Of a stretch of 63,001 nucleotides of DNA, positions 48,848-61,552 are shown piece after piece (positions within the stretch are counted from its first letter, which is position 1; each line of letters opens with the position of its first letter). A model generated the notes under the pieces. The model searched no databases. It had not been told where the DNA came from and saw only the letters and a program-made list of their open reading frames with translations. Source of the stretch: Saprolegnia diclina VS20 (taxonomy: Eukaryota); the NCBI RefSeq assembly GCF_000281045.1, contig NW_008246082.1:723374-786374 (forward strand). Reading direction: 5' to 3'. The position numbers and the translations under genes are program-made.

Positions 48848-50845
48848 CTACTTGAGCGCAGCGGAGAAAAACTTTTTGGTGCTCGAGACGATCGACTGGG
48901 CAGCCTTGCTGACGCCGCACGTCATCTTGCGGCACTGCATGTCCTCGATCGACAAGGGCGTGCCACAGTCGGCACAGCCGCGTGCCGTGGTCATGGGCAA
49001 GCCGCGAGCGACAAGCATCGATCGCCAGCACTCGGCGTCTTCAAGCACCGCAGTCACCTCGACAGGCTGTTTGAGCATGTAGCGCGCATCCAGATAAAGG
49101 CTAGCTTCGCGCAATCGAAGAGCGACCTCGAGCGCCGTCTCTCCATCCTACGAGAACAGTATACGTCAAGTTCTGCTACATGGTACCGCAAGCACCTTGT
49201 TGCGCGCCAGCAATGTCGTAAGGTCGGCGTAGGCAACCGCGGCAACGACTTGAGGAAACCCAAAATACACCGCGTTGATGAGCGGCGTGTTGCCAGCATG
49301 GCTCGGAGTCATGTACGCATGCACCGGTTGGGTGACGTGCACGTCGGCGCCGGCTGCGATCAAGGCGGCGACAATGTCGTGGCTGCACACACTGCTGGTT
49401 GCAAAGAGCAACGCCGAGCCAAAGAAGTCCTAGTCACATGCATCAAGTGAGCGCGTTGCACACTTGCGTGGAACACACCAGTGGCTTGTTGACGTCAGCA
49501 CCACGCTTCAGCACCAAGTGCACGAGCTCCAACGACATAGACTTGATGGCCGCGCATAGCAGGCTCTGCGTGCTCTTCATCACTCGCTTCGTTAGCCAAA
49601 GCCACATGGATTGCGGTACTGTACCCAGGGACACACTGCGTCGGGGCGCAGGCCATCGTCCAGAAGCTTTGTCGCGGCGTCGATCTGCAATGGAAGCGCC
49701 ACCGCTTGAAAGGCTTCAAACATCTACCGTATACTTGAGCAGGCAGCACATTATCTGCGCGCAGGAATACCTTGGCTTCCTGTGTCGCTGCATCGACATG
49801 GGGCTGCAGTTGCGCAACCACGTCAGCAGCCGACATTCGCGTCGCTGGATCTTCGGCGACGCATGAGGCGACCATGTCGGCGTACCAGCGTTCGCAGTCG
49901 TCACGAAGGCGCCCGACGTGCGCCGACGGTATGGCAAGCGTATCGAGCTCCGTGAGTAAGACACCAAGGGCGTACATGTCGGACGCCGAAGACGGTGGCT
50001 GCTGCGCGACGCGAACCTCAGGTGCCGTCCACAGCGCCAACGATACATTGGCTGGCTCAAAACCGGGGTACATGACGTGAACCGAGGTCGCAGGCGGATT
50101 GATGTAGATGCTGAAGCTCGAGAACGATCCGTGGACAAGGCCAGCCGCGTGGAGGTCCGCGAGGGCATTCGCAGCGACAATCGCGAGCTGTAACTTGGTT
50201 GGCCACACTTCGAGTCGCGACCCCGGGACTTGCATCTCGAGCTTGTAGCGGAGGATGTTGGTCATTAGCATCGCGTCAGGGCGCATGGGCAACACATACG
50301 GCGAGGTGAACCTACATGTGCCGTGAGCAGCTGCCTCGGCCAAATGCGATTCTGACGTTGCTGCATCGCTTGTTGGCGCCTAGCGAGATATATACATAAA
50401 TCACGATTGGACGACCTCGATGGTAGCTTCGATGCACGTACGCTGGACGGGTGTAGCGCTGCGTAGAGTGCGCGAACCAGATCGCAAGCGCCAGAGAAGG
50501 TGGCCACGGCCAGTGGTGTTTCGTACAACTACCAAGCACAGGACACGTAAGTACATCACAGCTCGATGAGGAAGGAATCGAACGGTATTGGTGTGGTCGA
50601 TCGGGACGCCTGGTGTCGCCAGCAGCACTTTGAGCATCGCAAGGTTGTTTTGCTTGACGGCGTGGTGCACCAGCGAGTTGCCGTCCTGCGTGCAAGCAAA
50701 CATAGAGTCGTGAGATATTGTGCCGCGTCGTATATGTATGGGCCATACGACATCGCTCTGCTGCTGCGGAACGGACTTGCCAAGCAATGCCTTGAGCTTC
50801 TCCAGGTTGCCTTCCTGGATCGCGCCCACAAGCGCCTGCCACATG
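48848..50845 (-). CDS. Ankyrin-pseudokinase-ankyrin-Cys-rich protein, multi-exon, possibly degenerate
   Basis: DGNSLVHHAVKQNNLAMLKVLL; kinase C-lobe ALADLHAAGLVHGSFSS...WTAPEV...ASDMYALGVLLTELDT; GNTPLINAV; CADCG...CRKMTC. Confidence 0.6.
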
Positions 50846-50998
50846 TTAATGACGCCTGTCATTCGCATATGGGAGTACCTTGAAGTGGTTGTACGCAGCG
50901 TTGCTTTTGTCGAGCTTGGCCTTGGCGGCGCGCTTCTTCTCGGCTTCAACGCGCCGCAGCCAAGCAACAACATGACCCAGCTTTGGCGACTGCTTGGG

Positions 50999-53812
50999 CT
51001 ACACATCATATACTCTCAGGGATAAGACACTCTGTGTCGTTGTACGCACGGGCGTGGTCGGCGCCAGTTTGAGACGCTTTAAAAGCACCCCGAGCGGGTT
51101 TGCGAGCGCGGATGGCTTGTGGTTGCACATCGGGCACGCTGTCTTGAGCACGAAAAAGCTGTGGCCACACGGGACGCACTTGCGCGTCCAGTCAACTAGG
51201 ACGCCTCGGTGGTGCGATGTAATGAGCCGATGCACCGCGCACTGGATCTTCTCGTCCATGGGGGCGTCGTGCCCACATGAGCAGGCCGCGTCGATGGGAT
51301 GCCAGACCAATTTGCAGTCTGGGCAAAGGCGCATGCTGTCCGACGTGGCTTGCTAAGTACATAGTGTCGTGAGAGTATCGGTGGGAGTCCACGCCTACCG
51401 CTGCCACCGCGCCTTCCAGGACAGGCGCAAGACGCACTAAGTGCTCCTTTGACATGGCCAGTGCCAAGGGTGTTTTGCCGCCCTGTGATATATCGCACTC
51501 GACACGCCTCGAATTGCGAGCACACGATTACCTTGTTGGCGATCGCTGCATTGGCGCCTGCGTCCAAGAGAATGCGCATATTCAGCTCGTGGTTGCGCTT
51601 GACCGCCCAATAGAGCGCCGTGCGATGCTTCTACGCATGGGTGAGTTCTTCGTGTAAAGATATCGTAGGGATGTAGCACCTTGTCGAGTGCGTCGACGTT
51701 GGCACCCGCATTGATCAGCATCTCAACGCTGGTATAGCATTCGCCGGCGGCTTCGTGGAGAGGGGTGCCACCATACTACGCGGTTCAAAATAAGACCATA
51801 TGAAATGTCTCGACGGGTGAGTGGTAGCGCACGCAGTAGCTGTCAGGCAAGGCACCGTGATCGAGAAGGAGCTGCGTAATGTCGTATTTACGAAGTCCCA
51901 CTGCCATCGACAGAGGCAACACGTCACCCTGTCATCAACGTTCATGGTAACGTCGGTCAACAAGTCGAGTACCTTCACGGAATAGTTGGGGTTGAAGCCA
52001 TCCTCAAGCTGGGCTTGCACCAAGGCAATGGCGTCCACGGCAACCGCGCGCCTGAACGCCTCCAACGCCTATGTACAGCAATGTAGCGAGCCTTGGTGTG
52101 TGCAGAAAGGACGCACGTCGGCTGCCGAGCCTTCAGCCACCTGCTTGCCAAGCATCTCGACGATCTTGCTCGCTGTTGGACGCTTGGACGGCTCTGCGTT
52201 GAGACACTGCGTCGCAAGGTCGCGCAGCCAGGGCTTGCACGACTTGGTCAACGTCGGCCGGCGACCCGCAAGGACTGCCTGCTTGAGTAGATAGTCCGTC
52301 TTCAAGTCCGTGGCGTCGTCGAACGGCAACTGGAGTGTGTCAAGCTCCGAGAGGAGCACACCAAACGAGTAAACATCGGCCTCGGTACCGTAGCGCTGGC
52401 CATCAACGCGCAGCACTTCGGGCGCCGTCCACCGTATCGTGCCGCGACCGTCCGTCATGTACGTGGCGGCCACCTTGGCGATGCCGAGATCCCCGAGCTT
52501 GATGTAGTGCGTCGAGCTCAGGAGCACGTTCTCGCTCTTGATGTCCCGGTGCACAATACCGAGGGCATGCAATGCCTTCATCGCGTTGGCCACGACCCAC
52601 GCCACCTCGAGGCTGGTCACGTGCAGAAAGGTCTCTTGTCGTCGGTGCTTTTCGTCCAAGTAGCTTCGAAGATTCCCGAAGTCCATAAGGTCGAGCAAGA
52701 GTGCCGGCATTGGTGACGCGCGGTCCGCCACGGCGACCAACGACACGAGGAAAGGCGACGGGCACCTACGGTCGCCGACCTCAGCAACAGCGAAAATAGA
52801 ACTTGGAACTACTTGGCCATCGCGTTGGCTTCTGCACGTATCGTATCTGCGCTGTGCGTGGCCTCTTTGATGGCGGTCTTGATGGCGACATCCCGACCTT
52901 GGAAGGTCCCGCGGTGCACGACGGCTTGGCCGCCCGACCCGAGCTTGGTCGTCTATCGGTTTTCCAACGCACCGATGAGACGACGTCGATCTCCGCGCCA
53001 ACTTCTTTGAGCATGAGAATCACGGAGTCATGGCCGTTGGATGCTGCGTAGTGCACTGCATTGCATCCAAACTAGAACACACATGGATACTAGAAAGCTG
53101 GATGACCGAAAAAGTACCTTGTCGAGTGCGGCAACATTGTTCTTGGTGGCTAGCAAGAGGCTCACAGCCGCCTCACTGCCGGCTCGGGCAGCTGCCATGA
53201 TCGGTGTCATGGCATTCTAAAGTGGAGGAGACGTCAACGGTTGGATACGTCGATGGAACATGTACGTACCCAAGGAAGGAGCTCGATGTTGGCTTCGGCT
53301 TGGAGCAGCTGTTGCAAGACAGCTACATCGCCGGCGTTGGCCGCGCTCATAAGCGCGGTGGCTCCCGACTAGGAAACATCGATCGCATGAGCCATGAACG
53401 TTGGTGGACAGTCAAGGCACCGGTTGGCAATGGTTGATGTCTGCGCCTGCCGTCAAAAGTTGGGTGACAACGTCCGCGTGACCAGTGCCAGCCGCCAGAA
53501 GGAGTGCAGTCGCGCCGCCCTACGCGTCGATTGAGCTCTCGAGTCGTACTCGTGTTCGGTAGCTCGAGCAGTGACCCACCGGTGTCATGGCGTGAACATT
53601 CGCGCGCGCCTCGAGAAGCGCCGCGACAACCAGCGTGTGGCCACGCAACGCCGCCACGGCCAGCATCGGATACTCCATCTATAGGTAATACATAGCAGCC
53701 ACGAGGTTAGAGGATGTATAACGTTCTCTTGATCCACGCACCTCCTCTCGGGCGTCGGCGTCGGCGCCGTCCTGCAGCAGATTCTGCACGACGGTCGCGT
53801 CACCGCTCGCAA
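50999..53812 (-). CDS. Ankyrin-TKL kinase-ankyrin-double zinc ribbon protein, multi-exon
   Basis: TPIMAAARAG, ALHYAASNGH, GSGGQAVVHRG..QGRDVAIK, HRDIKSENVLL, DLGIAK, GTIRWTAPEVL, DVYSFGVLLSELDT, CPDC..CSC..CVPC..CPMC. Confidence 0.75.
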
Positions 53813-56035
53813 CTGCCTCGCTTAGCGTCATTCGCTTCTACACACGGTGCCATGAGGTGCATGCGCCTGGAAGGCGCTGTACGCTCATGCTCTTGACTCA
53901 GGCAACGGCAAAGTGAGCGCGCAACTCACAGTCAATCCGAGTTGGTCGCAATCGTGTGCAATTGAGTTTGAGAGTACCACGTGGCGGGTCGAGTGATAGC
54001 ATCCGTTTATAAGGGTTTTACGTGGTTGGCGTCTCGGCCGTCACCACCAAAAAGCACACTGTCATGCATGACGATCACCAATGTCGCAGACGTGGCTGCT
54101 GGTGCAAGTTCACACCAGTATTAGCTGGCGTGAGCAGTACAGAAAAACCGTGTTGCACCACTCTACTACTGCACGAGCATGTGCTGACGTGGAACAGTCG
54201 CTGGACGATCTGCTATCCACAGAAGAGTGTTTTATTCGCAGCGATACCATAATGGTTGAGTAGGTTCAAGCGCTCCAAGTGTAAGCTTAGTCGCATCTCG
54301 TTTTCGACTAGCGCTACTAACTTTTAGGCCACCAGTTTTGCACGCGAGGATTGTGTATTGATGTACTAGAGTATTGTTCGATGAACAAGGCAGCCAATAT
54401 GTCCATGCGGAGATGCAAATGACTCTCTCTGGTTGTATGGCCAAGCTGGTCATCCCGTGAAAGTTCGCAATGTCACGATCCGACCAATGAGCGGAGTCTC
54501 TTCTTGCGGCACATGCCACATCCACACTTGCTTTTGGCTCCCTTCTCTGTCGGGTCCTCTTGGCCTCTGTGCTTAGCGACTAATGACACAGTCGGTCCCT
54601 TCCACAGACGCAACGTCCACTTCATGAGCCTCACATCTCATGGACCCACTTCAACAACAACTTGGCACATGCCACGATCAGGACCACATCTGTGCCGAAT
54701 TGGCCCGCGATGTGTGCCGAATGCACCAGCTGCGTGCCGAAAACGTCCGCCACTGCCGAATCGTGCTGCGCAGCAGCGATCAAAAACCAAAATGATAGCA
54801 ATCCGGCATATCCGGATACTCTGTCGCCACTCGGGGTTCGAACGTTTGATTGGCCGACGGAAAAAGTGGGACGAGCCATGTTCGTGGACGCTCGTGTGAA
54901 AGTCCAAGGGCTGGGCAAGCAAATGTTGACTATGCGCCCTCGGCAAGCTGCACTCGGAGGCGATGCAGATGCTCAGTCGCCGCCACCTATTGGACCTTGT
55001 GGCGTTCGATCCTGAGCAGCTCGCGCGTGAAGCGCCAGTACCCACGCCGCGGCGGTGTGGCAAAGGTGGTCGCCACCAAGCACGTTGCGATGCATGACAT
55101 TTGCGAGCGTCCGAGACGGTGCTGCGAATTGCGACGGCCTCTGATCGCTCCGCCTCATCGCAGGCCTGGAGGTCCTTTATATCGCTGCGGCAGAGCTCTC
55201 AACCTCACCACGCCATTCTATCGTCGCACGCCAACGCCTTGTAGCTCTCGTGCGCTGCCCGGCGACATGGTCATCGCGATATTGCCAAACCGTCTGCGAC
55301 ACCTAGGGATATATATCCCTTGGCGACACACACGGAGATGAAGTAGTGGATGCGAAGAGTCGACAGTAGGCTAGTCATTTTGCATTTAGCCTTGTCGATT
55401 CTAACCCGCCACGCCACTCCCAATGACTTGCGGTCAATCAAGCCGTCTATTGCCCCACTCGAGCGTCGTACAAGGCGAAACGCTGTTGTCATGTCATGTG
55501 TTATGGAACGACTTGGCGAGCGAGTCCTTGAGGCCGATTCTCAGCGGCGGAAGCGTGCGCTGGAGGTCATTGGCGTCAACCGGAACGAGCCGCGATTCGA
55601 GCTCGTACTCAAGGTGATGATGACCTCCATGGCGGACTTGGAAGCGTATTCTTCATCACACAAGGGCCCAGCATCGCATTCGTAAGCGGCGAAAAAGAAG
55701 CAGAAGCATCGTACATCGATGCTTGTTCGGCAGCAATGATGCCCAAAAGCAATTCAACTCCAAGTTGGTGATACTGCAGTTCCAAGTCCAAGTGGTACGT
55801 ATTTACTTTCTGTCGCGCGTCGAGCACATTGTCGAGTGGGGTCGAACGGCGGTCGAATGGCTCCTCGTTGTATTTGGACGAGAGCTGAAGGGTTGGTGCA
55901 ACATAGCGCCATGCAGCATCTTTCGATCACTCTGCTGCCGACGCTACTTGCTGTTGTTGAAATGAGTTATTAACATGCAATTATATAGCGAAGATGGTGG
56001 ACTTCCTAGTGCGCTCGTGAGGTTTGGCCGGTACG

Positions 56036-56410
56036 TCAAGCTGAGGGCGCGTGGTCGGGGCTCCGGATTGAGTTGGGAATGAGGTAGCGAGCACACCAAG
56101 GATCGGCGCGTAGGGCATGGAGCGACTCGGCAAGCGAAGGCACCACAGCGCGGCGAGCCAAGTGCCGGATATGCAGTCGCGTGATTGTAGCGGCTTTGAT
56201 CGCGAGCGCAGCAGCGGGAAGGGGCATCAATGTCGAGCGGAACACGCAGTTGTTGCGTTCTAGCCAAAGACTGTACCAAACGCAAGCGCGCAAGATCGGC
56301 CAGAGGGCACGGATGGTCGACTTGTGGGCTGAGAGCGGCAGAGCGACGGCATCGTAGAGGAAGCCACCGACCGACGTCGGGAGTTGCTGCTTCACGCACT
56401 CGTTTCACGG
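56036..56410 (-). mobile_element. 3' fragment of a non-LTR retrotransposon ORF2
   Basis: LWPILRACVWYSLWLERNNCVFR matches the L1/Tx1 C-terminal W..W.ERN..VF motif. Confidence 0.6.
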
Positions 56411-58290
56411 TTGACCGTCACCTCGTCGGCAGCGAGAAGATTGCCACAATAGAGCGCAGCTCACCCTTGAGCCTCTCCCAGCTCAAGCGCTACTAGCAAG
56501 ATGATGAAGCAAACGGGCGATATCGTTGTTGTGGAGGAGCAGGCGGTCAACGGCGTGCGGTCGACCCTCGGCACCGAAGCGTGGGTGGATCAAGGTACTG
56601 TACATGAGCTCGCCCGTACCGCGGTGTTTGTTCTACCTCTCAAAACTCCGGCACCGAGGGTACGTGAGCGCCAGCGCACCGCGACGGACTCGACATGGCA
56701 CGCGTGTGGAGGTAGACCATTGCATGGGTCAATTGACCCATGACCATTGTGGCCGCGCCGCCGCTGAAGAAAATGAAGTCTGACGATGTCCAAGGAATAA
56801 TTATTAATACGACAGTATTAATATGCCAGCATGCGCTGTGCCATTAAAAATAATCGTATTTTAATTACCGTCTCATCGCTTCCACACAAAAAACGCCGAG
56901 CAGTCTTGAAGTAGGAAAATAACGTGATTTAATTCACAGTTTTTTAGAATGCATACAAACAGAAAGTACAAGCCAATCGGTCGGTCAATAGAAACATCCA
57001 ATTCTGACGCTTTTTCGATGCGTCGACTTTTAAATTCCCCACAAATCAGGAATCACGCGACGGCGCGAAGGCAAGGGCTCTAAAATACAGAGCAAGCCTT
57101 CTTCTTTCTTGTGATGCCTTCAGATGTCTCGTAGCTGCATTGGTTGTCGAGAAATATCATTTTGAAGTAAGGCCTCGTTTTCGACAAAAAATCGGTCGGT
57201 CAATCGCCACTTTACCTTACCGGTACTTGCTGTCGCATCAGGAAGACTGGCGGGCTGGCTCGAGCAGTGGATCGGATCATGCACATCCCACGCGTTCGTG
57301 ATGGGCAGAAGGCGAGCACTGTTCGGGAGGATGTGGTACTAGCTACATCTCACCTATTTGCAAGCGGCACGGTTTTGTGTTGTGATTCCGATACCGGAAA
57401 CAGCACAGTGCCATCGCCTTGTAGCAACGTTGTGTTGTACTAGATAGCTAACCAAAGCAATGGACAAGTATCGTCTCGCATCAAGGCCCGGATGCTTTGT
57501 TTTCGGTAAGATGATAATACCAAGGGTCAATAATCAGATACCTTGATAATACAGAGCAATTTTCCTTGTACAAACCGACTTCGTGGCGCGAAAATAGAGT
57601 GGGATTCAAACTGGACCGATGATGAATCTACATGCACCACGATGCCATGCCGAGTTAGTTTGTTGCGATCGACAGTGCTGGAAGCGGTCAGTCATAAACA
57701 ATGGGCTCCCGTCGATTGCGATGGCGCGGGTTCTTTCACACATGCCAGAAATACGTCATGAAGAAGCGACCCAAGACCGTACTCGCATTGCACAATCGCC
57801 CGAAAATGTCGTCACGTTTCAGTCATGAAAGATCACCACGGTCGACAGATGGATATACTGTAATCATTTGGAGCGCACAGTACATGAGTAGCTTTCAGAG
57901 TACATGTACAGACATATTCTGCGTTTATTGACAAAAGATCTGAAAAGCGTGGGATTTTACCCATGTGTTGGGCATTTTGGAGAAATGCCAGCCGTACGAT
58001 AGGCCCTGGAACGACATGTGGCGTTGGTAATCCTACTTGGTATATCTATGTAAATACTGAATGCAAGATAACAAGTTCTGCTTGTAACACAACACATATT
58101 TTGTATTGGTATACTGAACACGGGCTTATTTTTGTCAATTAACGCGGTTGTCAATTAACGCAGAAGATGTCTGTATCCTTGAAGCGCATGGAAGTGCAAA
58201 TTCAATTTGTTGGAGATGTGGTACACCCGTACGTTTCACAAGGTGCGATCGTCCGAGTTGCGCAATTGCGTCGTCCAGCAGATCAAGAGC

Positions 58291-59877
58291 ATGAGCAGCG
58301 AGAAGCGTCGAGTCGGGTCGCCAACGAGGGTCGTCGACAAGGACGACGTACTCATGGCGATCGTTAAGTTTACCACGACTGCAGAAGATGTCTCAACGTT
58401 CCTCGACGCTATCTCGGCCACCACGCGCTGTGGCCCGCTGAAAGCGCTCTCGGAGCTCCTTCGAGATCCGCTCAAGGCTCTGCGCGACGCTCGTGACGAG
58501 GCGACGGCCTTGACGATGCTGTGGCCTCGGCTTCAGCTGGATTACGTTGTTGACGTGAAGCGCGTCATTGACGCCATGCCGATCTACAACTCTTTTGAGG
58601 TCGGCAGCCTGCACTTGTGGAAGGACATGTCGCCCAGCATGGACGTTTTGGCACAGCTCGTCGCTTCGTACGGTGAGAAGTTTACGCATATCAAGATCGA
58701 CTCGAAGTACCCGTGCGAGAACGAAAAGAATGTCGTCACGCTCTGCAACATTCTTCGGCAGAGCACACGTCTCGACGTCGTTTCCGTGGGCAACACCGGC
58801 TACGACATGGCCATCGTCGCGGCGGTCACGACACCAAAGCATTCCGTCCGTCGTTTGAGCGTCGCAAGCGATCGCGCCGAGGACAACTGGGCCGAGAATC
58901 TCGTGCCTTGGCTGCAGTCTGGCCACGCCGACCACCTTGGCATCCAGTACGACGTCGAAAAGAGCGGCGAGAACAGAAGCATTGCGGACGTGCTCGTTGC
59001 CGCCGCTGCGAGCTCCCTCTCGAGCTTGAACGTGCTCGTTCACGGCGCCGAGCCCCTCCCGCCGGTCGACACGCACACAACCCGCTTCCAGAACCTCTCG
59101 ACCTTGTGCGTCCGTGTCGATCAAGACGCGCCTTTTTTCAAGAGCCTTCTGGACCGCGTCGACCCGACCAAGCTGAGACGACTCTCGGTCACGTGCAGCG
59201 ACGAAAGCGACAACATCGGCTTTGTCTTGGACACGCTGCCGCACCTCTCGGCCCTCAACGAGCTCCAGATTTGTAGCGGCGCGTTCGACGTTGACGAGCT
59301 ACCTCCAGCTGTCATGACCTCCTCGTCTGCTCTGACGTCGATCACGATGGAGGACATTCAGTTTTCGTCGAATGCCGCCGCTGCGCTCGGCGCGCTTTTC
59401 GCCAACGTACTCGACCTCAAGACGCTCTCGTGGCGCGATTGCTTTGTTGACGATACAACTTTTGGCGATGTGATCTTGTCGAACTTGCCGCTCTGGATCC
59501 GCAACGGCGTTCGCGCAATCGATTTGGCTGGCTGCGACGCAATGGACGGCTTCCCCGACCATCTGGTGCGAGCCCTCCGTGGCGCGACGAGTCCATCGGG
59601 CATTGACATCAACTTGTCCGACAACGGGTTCACCCATGAAAAGTACGTGATGCTCTTCAAGGCGCTCACGACCTGCACCGGCGTCTCGGTCGTGCTCGAA
59701 CCGTCCGTCGAGCTTGGTGGTGAGGCCGTCGCGCGCGAGGCCCATCTTGCCCGGGAAGACTTTGAGGTCATGTTGCACGGTTTGCCGGAGCTCGAGCTCG
59801 AGTGGAACGAATATGTTACACCAGAGCTACCCGAAGGCGAGGTTTGCGTCACGCTCCGTGTCAGTTGCCGTCGCTAA
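58291..59877 (+). CDS. Intronless RNI-like/degenerate LRR protein of a lineage-expanded family
   Basis: Long ORF with LxxLxV/I repeats (VRRLSV, LSSLNV, LSTLCV, LRRLSV, LNELQI, LTSITM, LKTLSW, IDLAGC, INLSDN). Confidence 0.75.
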   Translation: MSSEKRRVGSPTRVVDKDDVLMAIVKFTTTAEDVSTFLDAISATTRCGPLKALSELLRDPLKALRDARDEATALTMLWPRLQLDYVVDVKRVIDAMPIYNSFEVGSLHLWKDMSPSMDVLAQLVASYGEKFTHIKIDSKYPCENEKNVVTLCNILRQSTRLDVVSVGNTGYDMAIVAAVTTPKHSVRRLSVASDRAEDNWAENLVPWLQSGHADHLGIQYDVEKSGENRSIADVLVAAAASSLSSLNVLVHGAEPLPPVDTHTTRFQNLSTLCVRVDQDAPFFKSLLDRVDPTKLRRLSVTCSDESDNIGFVLDTLPHLSALNELQICSGAFDVDELPPAVMTSSSALTSITMEDIQFSSNAAAALGALFANVLDLKTLSWRDCFVDDTTFGDVILSNLPLWIRNGVRAIDLAGCDAMDGFPDHLVRALRGATSPSGIDINLSDNGFTHEKYVMLFKALTTCTGVSVVLEPSVELGGEAVAREAHLAREDFEVMLHGLPELELEWNEYVTPELPEGEVCVTLRVSCRR

Positions 59878-60067
59878 CACTCGTTTGACCTTCACTTTGA
59901 ATCCATTCTCACTTTGAATACATAAGCACGAGCTAGGACTGTAATTCTTCTTTTATACAGTGACCACTATGTAGTACTAGGAGCTGATAACGGGTTCGAA
60001 TACACCAGTACGTACGACTCCTTGGTTTTTCGAAACACCATGCTTGAGAAACATGCATCGTTTAAGG

Positions 60068-61552
60068 TTATGCGCGCTTGCGTTTGCTTTGGAGCAGGCG
60101 TGGGAGCTTCAACTTGTGCTTGACGTCACTGATCAACGTCGTTGATGGTGGCGGCCTTCGCGTTTGTCGCACAGAGAAGACCCGGAGAACGAGGGCCGCA
60201 GCCCAGCTGACAACCTTGCCCGCCTGGAGCAGAGTTGCCGCACGCGCCGCCACGTCGGGTGCGAGCTGGATGGCTTTGCTGGCCTGCCGCACTTGGTACA
60301 TGAGCTCTTGTATAATCAAACGAACGATCGTCGCGCGGCGGCGGTTCTGCTGCCGAAAGAGGAAGAGAAGAAAGATGGCGTTGTCCAAATGGTTGGTCGC
60401 GTCCATGCAGTACGGCAGCAGAAGGTTGCTCTCAGTCATATGCTGTCGACGACCTGCAATCTTGCGGAGACAGTCGTGTGGCTTACCAATGCCTGCGGCG
60501 AGGAGAAGTCGGGTCGCCTCTGTGTTGTGGCTGGTCGAGGCAGCTTCCAGCAGCGTATCGTCGCGGAGCTCGGGCCGGCGCTGCAGAATGTGCATCGCGG
60601 CATTGAGATGGCCGCTTGCAAGCACCGAGCGGAGCGCGTCGATCGAGATGTCCATGGGGCAGTGGGCCATGAGGTAGAACACAACGTCCCACGCCTTTTT
60701 CTTGACGGCGCCGTCGATCGCGGCGGGGTCCCATTGACCGTCCGAGTTCTCGTGCAGAAACTTGACCAACGGCAGGTTGTTGGCGACCGAGGCCTCGTGC
60801 ATGCAGTTGGCGCCCCAGGGTAGGCCGTGAGCCACGTAAAGACGTACAACGTCTACCATCTCGGGCTTGCGAAACACGGCAACCGTCTTGAAAAGCGTAG
60901 GTTGAATGGTCTTGAGCGTCATCGAGATCGGGAACGGGTACCCGATGGAGAGGAGGTACTCTGCCGTGCGCAAGTGTCCGTACTCGAGCGCCTTTCCAAC
61001 GACGTTGTCGTGGGTGCAGCCTTCGGTTCGGTTCGTCAAGAGGAATTTCACGACATCAAGGTGGCCATGTGACGCTGCGTCGTCGATGGCGGCGACGGTA
61101 CAGCCAAAGGTGCCGAGATGATGGAGGCACTCCACGATATCAAGGTGACCACCGACGACAGCGTCGTCGAGGATGGTGGGCGACGCGCCTTCGGTGCGAT
61201 GTTCGATGAGAAAGCGGACGATGTCGAGATGGCCTGAGCAAATGGCGCCATCGAGCGCGCCGACCGTGCAGCCTTCGGGTCGGTTGAAATGGAGAAACTG
61301 GACGATCTCCAAATGACTGTTGGTAGCAGCTTCATCCATGGCGTTGACGGTACAGCCCTCGTTTTGATGCGCATGGAGGAAGGCGATGACGTCGAGATGC
61401 CCATTGGCCGCCGCACCGTCCATAGCGACCGTCGAGCACGTCAGTCCGCGTTCGTGGAGTGTTTGCACCATAAGCAAGAGATCTTCGCTGTTGTCTTGGC
61501 CTTCCACGTCTTCTCGGGCGGCCATATGGTTCAAGAGGTCCGAATGATACAT
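60068..61552 (-). CDS. Ankyrin-repeat protein (oomycete-type GCT..AMD.AA..GHL repeats), possibly 5'-truncated
   Basis: Tandem repeats such as CSTVAMDGAAANGHLDVIAFLH, GCTVNAMDEAATNSHLEIVQFLH and GCTVAAIDDAASHGHLDVVKFL. Confidence 0.85.
   Translation of the reverse strand: MYHSDLLNHMAAREDVEGQDNSEDLLLMVQTLHERGLTCSTVAMDGAAANGHLDVIAFLHAHQNEGCTVNAMDEAATNSHLEIVQFLHFNRPEGCTVGALDGAICSGHLDIVRFLIEHRTEGASPTILDDAVVGGHLDIVECLHHLGTFGCTVAAIDDAASHGHLDVVKFLLTNRTEGCTHDNVVGKALEYGHLRTAEYLLSIGYPFPISMTLKTIQPTLFKTVAVFRKPEMVDVVRLYVAHGLPWGANCMHEASVANNLPLVKFLHENSDGQWDPAAIDGAVKKKAWDVVFYLMAHCPMDISIDALRSVLASGHLNAAMHILQRRPELRDDTLLEAASTSHNTEATRLLLAAGIGKPHDCLRKIAGRRQHMTESNLLLPYCMDATNHLDNAIFLLFLFRQQNRRRATIVRLIIQELMYQVRQASKAIQLAPDVAARAATLLQAGKVVSWAAALVLRVFSVRQTRRPPPSTTLISDVKHKLKLPRLLQSKRKRA

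Noticed and set aside
54000..55950. Short ORFs of possible transposase origin
   Set aside because: No recognisable motif in any frame.
56975..57204. 15-bp repeat aatcggtcggtcaat in AT-rich intergenic DNA
   Set aside because: Two copies only, with no further structure to interpret.
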